Part shown: one piece after another, positions 58,898-64,000 of the stretch
Layout of the letters: each line of letters starts with the position of its first letter
Numbering within the stretch: position 1 is the stretch's first letter
NCBI GenBank assembly: GCA_035492215.1
Contig: DATJJJ010000057.1
Coordinates: 324 to 64,323 of the forward strand
DNA from: Edaphobacter sp.
GTDB lineage: Bacteria; Acidobacteriota; Terriglobia; Terriglobales; Acidobacteriaceae
Length of the DNA: 64,000 bases
Direction of reading: 5' to 3'
Position numbers and translations under genes: made by a program
The notes under the pieces: generated by a model
Told to the model about the DNA's origin: nothing
Seen by the model: the letters and a program-made list of their open reading frames with translations, nothing else
Databases searched by the model: none

Positions 58898-59788
58898 ATG
58901 CCACAGAAGCAGACGAAGAAGGCGGCAAGGCAGAAGAGCAAGGAGCTAGTTATTTTGACCGGGCTCTCCGGCTCTGGAAAACTTTCCGCACTGAAGACTT
59001 TTGAAGACCTTGGTTTTTATTCCGTCGATAACCTGCCGTTAGAATTGGTCCCACGATTTGCCGACCTGGTGCGGCAATCGGCGGAGATTGAGCGAGCCGC
59101 CCTGGTGGTAGATGTTCGCGAGGGGATGCGGCTGGATGAGTTTCCTAACATTCTCAAAAAAGTCCGCCGGGTTCTGCCGACGCGCGTGCTCTACCTCGAG
59201 GCGAACGACGAAGCTTTAATTCGGCGGTTTTCGGAGACGCGCCGCCCTCACCCGATGGGACGCACCGATACGGTGGTGCAGTCGATCCGCGCCGAGCGAA
59301 GACGGCTGGATCCGATCCGCAACGTTGCCGATATCGTGCTCGATACGACGAAGTTCACGGTTCATGATCTGCGTGCTCATATCGGTGCGCAGTTTGAGCG
59401 TGAGGCAAGCGATCGCAACCTCACTATCTCGAGCAACAGCTTCGGATTCAAGAACGGCGTGCCTGCAGAGGCGGATCTGGTCTTCGACGTACGTTTTCTT
59501 CCCAATCCCCACTTTATTCCGGAGTTTCGTAAACTGACCGGCAAGCATCCGAAGGTCGCGAAGTACATTCGCGATTTCCCGCAGACCGCTGAGTTTCTTG
59601 ACCGTGTGACGGAGATGATGAAGTTTCTTTTGCCGCACTACATCAAGGAAGGTAAGAGCTATCTGACGGTTGCTTTCGGGTGCACCGGGGGCCAGCATCG
59701 CTCGGTGTTTATCGCCGAAGAGATGAAAAAGAGGTTTGCTGGCGCCGGATATCGCGTCAAAACACAGCATCGCGATATGCCGCGCTGA
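58898..59788 (+). CDS. rapZ: RNase adapter RapZ
   Basis: TGLSGSGK, VDNLP, ETRRPHP, DVRFLPNP, GCTGGQHRSV motifs. Confidence 0.96.
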   Translation: MPQKQTKKAARQKSKELVILTGLSGSGKLSALKTFEDLGFYSVDNLPLELVPRFADLVRQSAEIERAALVVDVREGMRLDEFPNILKKVRRVLPTRVLYLEANDEALIRRFSETRRPHPMGRTDTVVQSIRAERRRLDPIRNVADIVLDTTKFTVHDLRAHIGAQFEREASDRNLTISSNSFGFKNGVPAEADLVFDVRFLPNPHFIPEFRKLTGKHPKVAKYIRDFPQTAEFLDRVTEMMKFLLPHYIKEGKSYLTVAFGCTGGQHRSVFIAEEMKKRFAGAGYRVKTQHRDMPR

Positions 59789-59856
59789 GACGATATGCAG
59801 CAGGCTCGATAGAATAAAGGGATGCCTGGGATGGTAAGAAGCAGGAGAGTGGCGGC

Positions 59857-61752
59857 TTGAAGCGAATCTTGCGATTGCTGCTGTATGTGCGGCCTTATGT
59901 CCTGCACCTGATATCCTCTGTGATTCTGATGGCGACGGTTGGCGCGATGGCTGCGTTCCGGCTTCTGCTGGTAAGGCCGATCTTCGATAACGTGCTGAGC
60001 CCCGATGCTTCGCCTCGCGACGTGCTGAAGTTTCCTCTGCCGCAGAACGTTCATCTGCCCTACATCGGGAGCGAGCTGAATTTGCAGTTTCTGATCCCAA
60101 GCCACTTTCATAATGCATGGACCGTTGTGGCCTACGCACTGGTGGTTTCGGCGATTGTGAAGTCTATCTGCGATTATCTGGGAACCTACCTAGTGAACTA
60201 TGCCGGATTCGGCATGATCACCGACCTTCGCAACGATCTGTACGATGCCATTTTGCGCCGCTCCGTCGCGTTCTTTCAAAAGCACACCACCGGCTCCTTG
60301 CTTTCGACACTGATTAACGATGTCGAGCGAGTGCAGTATGCAATGTCGAGCGTGCTTGGCGATTTTCTTCAGCAGCTTTTCACTCTACTGTTCACGATTG
60401 CTGTGGTGTTTGTTGTCGGCGGCAAACTGGCGTGGGTTCTGCTGTTATTTGTGCCTGTCGTGATCTCTTCAGCTCGGCGGATCGGCCGCAGAGTTCGTCA
60501 GACGACGAGGAAAGGGCAGGACAAACTCGCCGAGATTCAGAACATCCTGCACGAGACCATCACCGGAAACCGCATTGTGAAGGCTTTTGGTATGGAGTTG
60601 TGGGAGATGAACCGCTTCCGTAGAGCGGCCCGCAGACTGTTTCGTGCCAATTTGAAGTCGGTGAGAGTGCAGGCGATCAGTTCGCCGCTGATGGATGCCC
60701 TGGGCTCGGTGGGAATCGCCTTATTGCTGCAGCTGGGACGGGGAAGAATTACTCACCATGAGATGACGGCGGGGTCGTTTATCACGTTTCTGGTGGCGGT
60801 CTTCACCCTCTACGATCCGGTGCGTAAATTTGCTTTGTACTACAACAGCTTTCAGCAGGCGCTGGGTGCAAGCGAAGAGATCTTCAAATTTATGGACGCG
60901 CAGGACGATGTTCGCGAGAAGCGTCGTGCTTTTGTACTAAAGGGCTTTAGCGAAGGAGTTCGATTTGAAAACGTTGGCTTTGGATATGTCAACGATCAGG
61001 GAGAGACGACCCAGATCCTTCATGACATCGACCTCGATGTAAAGCCGGGCGAGGTGATCGCTCTGGTTGGTCCGAGCGGAGCAGGGAAGTCGTCGCTGGT
61101 AAATTTGATTCCGCGGTTTTTCGATGTGAACAGCGGTCGGATCACGATTGACGGGCATGACCTGCGAGACGTCACGATTGCATCGTTGCGAGAGCAGATC
61201 GGGAAGGTAACTCAAGAGACGGTGCTCTTCAACGATACCGTGCGAAACAATATCGCCTACGGGCAACCAGACGTTCCTTTGAACGAAGTCGAGGAAGCTG
61301 CAAAGATGGCGCTGGCGCACGACTTCATTCTGAAGATGCCGGAGGGATATAACACCCGGATCGGTGAGAAGGGTGTGCGGTTGAGTGGAGGAGAGAGGCA
61401 GCGCTTGGCGATTGCGCGTGCGATTCTGAAAAATGCCCCGATTCTGATTCTCGACGAAGCGACGAGTGCGCTGGATACTGAAAGTGAGCAGTTCGTGCAG
61501 GCAGCGCTTGCGAATCTGATGCAGGGGCGTACTGTATTTGTGATCGCGCATCGTCTTTCAACGGTGCGGAGAGCGACGAAGATCGTGGTCCTTGAGCGTG
61601 GAAGGATTACAGAGACTGGAACGCACGAAGAGTTGATGCGTAACTCTGGGACCTATCGACGACTTTATGACATGCAGTTTGGAGATGAGAGTTTGATGGT
61701 GGCTGCAGAGAATGCTCCCCTGCAGCCTGCAGAATTGGAGGGATTTGCTTGA
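59857..61752 (+). CDS. msbA: MsbA-like ABC exporter (TMD + NBD)
   Basis: 6-TM domain, GPSGAGKS, LSGGERQR, DEATSALD, IAHRLST; lpt neighbourhood supports a lipid A flippase call. Confidence 0.8.
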   Translation: MKRILRLLLYVRPYVLHLISSVILMATVGAMAAFRLLLVRPIFDNVLSPDASPRDVLKFPLPQNVHLPYIGSELNLQFLIPSHFHNAWTVVAYALVVSAIVKSICDYLGTYLVNYAGFGMITDLRNDLYDAILRRSVAFFQKHTTGSLLSTLINDVERVQYAMSSVLGDFLQQLFTLLFTIAVVFVVGGKLAWVLLLFVPVVISSARRIGRRVRQTTRKGQDKLAEIQNILHETITGNRIVKAFGMELWEMNRFRRAARRLFRANLKSVRVQAISSPLMDALGSVGIALLLQLGRGRITHHEMTAGSFITFLVAVFTLYDPVRKFALYYNSFQQALGASEEIFKFMDAQDDVREKRRAFVLKGFSEGVRFENVGFGYVNDQGETTQILHDIDLDVKPGEVIALVGPSGAGKSSLVNLIPRFFDVNSGRITIDGHDLRDVTIASLREQIGKVTQETVLFNDTVRNNIAYGQPDVPLNEVEEAAKMALAHDFILKMPEGYNTRIGEKGVRLSGGERQRLAIARAILKNAPILILDEATSALDTESEQFVQAALANLMQGRTVFVIAHRLSTVRRATKIVVLERGRITETGTHEELMRNSGTYRRLYDMQFGDESLMVAAENAPLQPAELEGFA

Positions 61753-62654
61753 GCCAAATTTACTCAATGACAGGATTTGCGAGCGCTCGAAGTTCGGCCG
61801 ACGACAGCGTCGGTTTCTCGATTGCGATCAAAAGCGTCAATCACAGGTTTCTCGATCTGCATCTGAGGCTGCCCTCGTATTGCGATGCATTGGAGATCCA
61901 GATACGCCGTTTCCTTAAAGAAAACCTGAGGCGTGGCCATGTTGAGGTCACTCTGCAAGTGGAGCGTAAGGCAAGTGCTCAGATTCAGCTGAACACAGAG
62001 ATGCTGGGCGCTTATGTGGGAGCTTTCAAGCAGGCTGCTGATCAGTATGATCTGCCAAGTCAACCGGACCTGAATGCTTTTTTGAGGATTCCGGGGGTGA
62101 TGACAGCGGAAAACCACGTAGGCGTAGAAGGAATTCCGGAGTTGGACCAGTCTGTGATGGCCGCGATGCCGGGATTGATCGAGAGGCTGAACGAGGTCAG
62201 GGAGCAGGAAGGGGCAGCGCTTGCAGCAGAGCTTCGCTCTTCGATGAAGCGTCTTGAGGGGCTCGCGGCTGAGATGGCCGGTCTGCGCAATGGAGTGCGC
62301 GAAGCACAGTTCGAACGGCTGCGGTCTCGTCTGTTGGAGCTGACCGAAGGTGTCTCTGTGAATGAAGAGCGAATTCTTTCCGAGGCGGCTGTGCTGGCGG
62401 AGAAGAGCGATATCGAGGAAGAGATCGTTCGTTTGCGAACGCATATTGACCGATTTGTTGCGATGGTGGACGAGGGCGGTGAACTGGGAAAGCGAATGGA
62501 TTTTCTGCTGCAGGAGCTGAATCGCGAGGCGAATACGATGCTCTCCAAGACCAGTGCTGCTTCAGGCGAGAACAGTCTTCGCATTACCGAATTGGGCCTT
62601 GAGATCAAAGCCGAGATTGAGAAGGCACGCGAACAGGTACAGAACCTGGAATAG
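61749..62654 (+). CDS. yicC: YicC/YloC endoribonuclease
   Basis: SMTGF, KSVNHRFLD, DIEEEIVRL, QELNREANT, REQVQNLE motifs. Confidence 0.95.
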   Translation: MSQIYSMTGFASARSSADDSVGFSIAIKSVNHRFLDLHLRLPSYCDALEIQIRRFLKENLRRGHVEVTLQVERKASAQIQLNTEMLGAYVGAFKQAADQYDLPSQPDLNAFLRIPGVMTAENHVGVEGIPELDQSVMAAMPGLIERLNEVREQEGAALAAELRSSMKRLEGLAAEMAGLRNGVREAQFERLRSRLLELTEGVSVNEERILSEAAVLAEKSDIEEEIVRLRTHIDRFVAMVDEGGELGKRMDFLLQELNREANTMLSKTSAASGENSLRITELGLEIKAEIEKAREQVQNLE

Positions 62655-62709
62655 CTGCGGGTTACACTGACAGAATCCAAACAATACTGGGGCAATCAGA
62701 AAAGAACAG

Positions 62710-63366
62710 ATGGCGGGAATTCTTTTTATCATCTCGGCACCCTCCGGATCGGGCAAATCAACACTGGTGAGTCAGCTTCGAACCCTGGTGGAGGGGTTGG
62801 ACTTTTCGATCTCGTACACGACGCGGGCTCCTCGAGGTTCGGAGGAGAATGGGCGCGAGTACTTTTTTACGACGCGCGATGAGTTCGAGCGCATGGTGGC
62901 TGCTGACGATTTTCTGGAATGGGCAGAGGTCTTTGGAAACTACTATGGAACCGCCAGCTCTGCGCTTCAGCGTGCGAAGGACCTGGAGAGGGATCTTCTG
63001 CTGGACATCGATGTGCAGGGAGCGGTGCAGGTGATGCGCAAGATGCCGCAGGCTGTCTCAATTTTTATCCTTCCTCCGAGTCCTGAGATTTTGGAGAAGC
63101 GGCTTAAGAACCGTAGTGCTGCCGAGAAAGTTACCGATGACGGAGTGATCCAAAAGCGGCTGGCAGGCGCAAAGGATGAGCTTAAGCAGGTGTGGGATTA
63201 CAAATACGCTCTGGTGAACGATGTTCTTGAAAATGCGGTCGCTGAGATGCGAGCCATTGTTCTCTTCGAGCGCGGTGCGGAGGAGTGCGAGACGGTAGCG
63301 CGCAGTTGCCGGACGGATGCGGCTTCTCCGAAGCTGAGGTCAGTGCTGAAGGCCTTTGGAGAATAA
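62710..63366 (+). CDS. gmk: Guanylate kinase
   Basis: [29 protein letters not shown] motifs. Confidence 0.97.
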   Translation: MAGILFIISAPSGSGKSTLVSQLRTLVEGLDFSISYTTRAPRGSEENGREYFFTTRDEFERMVAADDFLEWAEVFGNYYGTASSALQRAKDLERDLLLDIDVQGAVQVMRKMPQAVSIFILPPSPEILEKRLKNRSAAEKVTDDGVIQKRLAGAKDELKQVWDYKYALVNDVLENAVAEMRAIVLFERGAEECETVARSCRTDAASPKLRSVLKAFGE

Positions 63367-63449
63367 GGCATTGATTTCCACCATGAATTTTTGATGTACA
63401 TTTCCTCGGGCTGCGATACATTCAAAGACCACAGAGGAGGTCACCACTC

Positions 63450-63656
63450 ATGATGGATGAAAGCGCATTCCATAATAAGTACAGCCTTGTAAAGGGCGCA
63501 GCACGACGTGCGCGGCAGTTGCAATCCGGAGCGCCGCCTTTGATTGCAGCCAAATCGACCAAGGCATGCCGGGTCGCTCAGGATGAAATCAAACAGGGTT
63601 TTGTAAAGTTTGTTCTGCCTCAGAAGCGGGAAAATTCAGAACCACAGGTTCACTAA
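63450..63656 (+). CDS. rpoZ: RNA polymerase omega subunit
   Basis: NKYSLV..AARRARQL..G, VA.DEI; SD GAGGAGG; follows gmk. Confidence 0.93.
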   Translation: MMDESAFHNKYSLVKGAARRARQLQSGAPPLIAAKSTKACRVAQDEIKQGFVKFVLPQKRENSEPQVH

Positions 63657-63680
63657 CTCGCGCCGCGATAGCATAGAGCT

Positions 63681-64000
63681 ATGGCAGCGGATGTTGAGCA
63701 GCAGCAACTACGCGCCTATGTCGAGTATCTTCGCGACCTGGGTGTGTACGATCTTTATCGCCGGGGCGAGCCGGTGTTCGAGGTAGAGACGGCTTCCGTC
63801 TCCCCGGCTGCCTTGCCTGTCGAGTCGGTCCGTGTGCCGACCGCACAGCCAGTCACGGCAGCGCCCGTGTTGCCGAAGCAGCCGGTCACGACAGTCGCGC
63901 AGCCTGTGCGGCGAGAGTTTTCGGAGCCTGAGATTCCAAAGCTGGTAAGTTTTGACAACCTTGCGCCTCTTCCTGAGGTGCGTGTGGCTGCTGCGGATCG
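63681..64000 (+). CDS. N-terminal fragment of a CDS, possibly family-4 uracil-DNA glycosylase (runs off window)
   Basis: Open frame MAADVEQQQLRAYVEYLRDLGVYDLYRRGEP then a Pro/Ala linker; catalytic domain not visible, so the product is inferred. Confidence 0.55.
   Translation, partial: MAADVEQQQLRAYVEYLRDLGVYDLYRRGEPVFEVETASVSPAALPVESVRVPTAQPVTAAPVLPKQPVTTVAQPVRREFSEPEIPKLVSFDNLAPLPEVRVAAAD

Noticed and set aside
1-64000. CRISPR array, tRNA/rRNA, IS, integrase, prophage or defence genes
   Set aside because: No regularly spaced repeats, cloverleaf signatures, or DDE/tyrosine-recombinase/phage ORFs were recognised.

Overview
A 64-kb chromosomal backbone segment from a GC-rich bacterium. Gene content and protein style suggest Acidobacteriaceae (Edaphobacter/Granulicella-like); this is inference. 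It holds about 63 CDS, mostly housekeeping: thiG, ruvC, rsmA, glgA, uvrC, mazG-GNAT-menC, lnt, prfB with its +1 programmed frameshift, a DsbD/ScsB redox cluster, rarA, tsaC, tlyA-nadK, coaA, a FTR1-DUF2318 fusion plus ABC iron-uptake operon, glyQS, and lptC/A-lptB-rpoN-hpf-rapZ-msbA-yicC-gmk-rpoZ. I saw no rRNA, tRNA, CRISPR, transposase, integrase or prophage genes. The most interesting signals are non-coding or very small. (1) A diverged ~210-250 bp intergenic element occurs twice (10266-10516, 32135-32343), with short motifs at conserved spacing, IHF-like sites and a variable central hairpin. (2) A two-hairpin RNA with tandem G-A pairs and a 6-bp kissing loop lies in the 3' region of a sigma54-promoter ompA-like gene. 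(3) There are two further structured-RNA candidates. (4) A small AT-hook H-NS/Lsr2-like protein has a tandem palindromic operator array upstream. (5) An unannotated 53-aa membrane protein precedes a KimA-like transporter. (6) Many genes have a leaderless -10/ATG start architecture. All novelty claims are unverified because no database search was possible.
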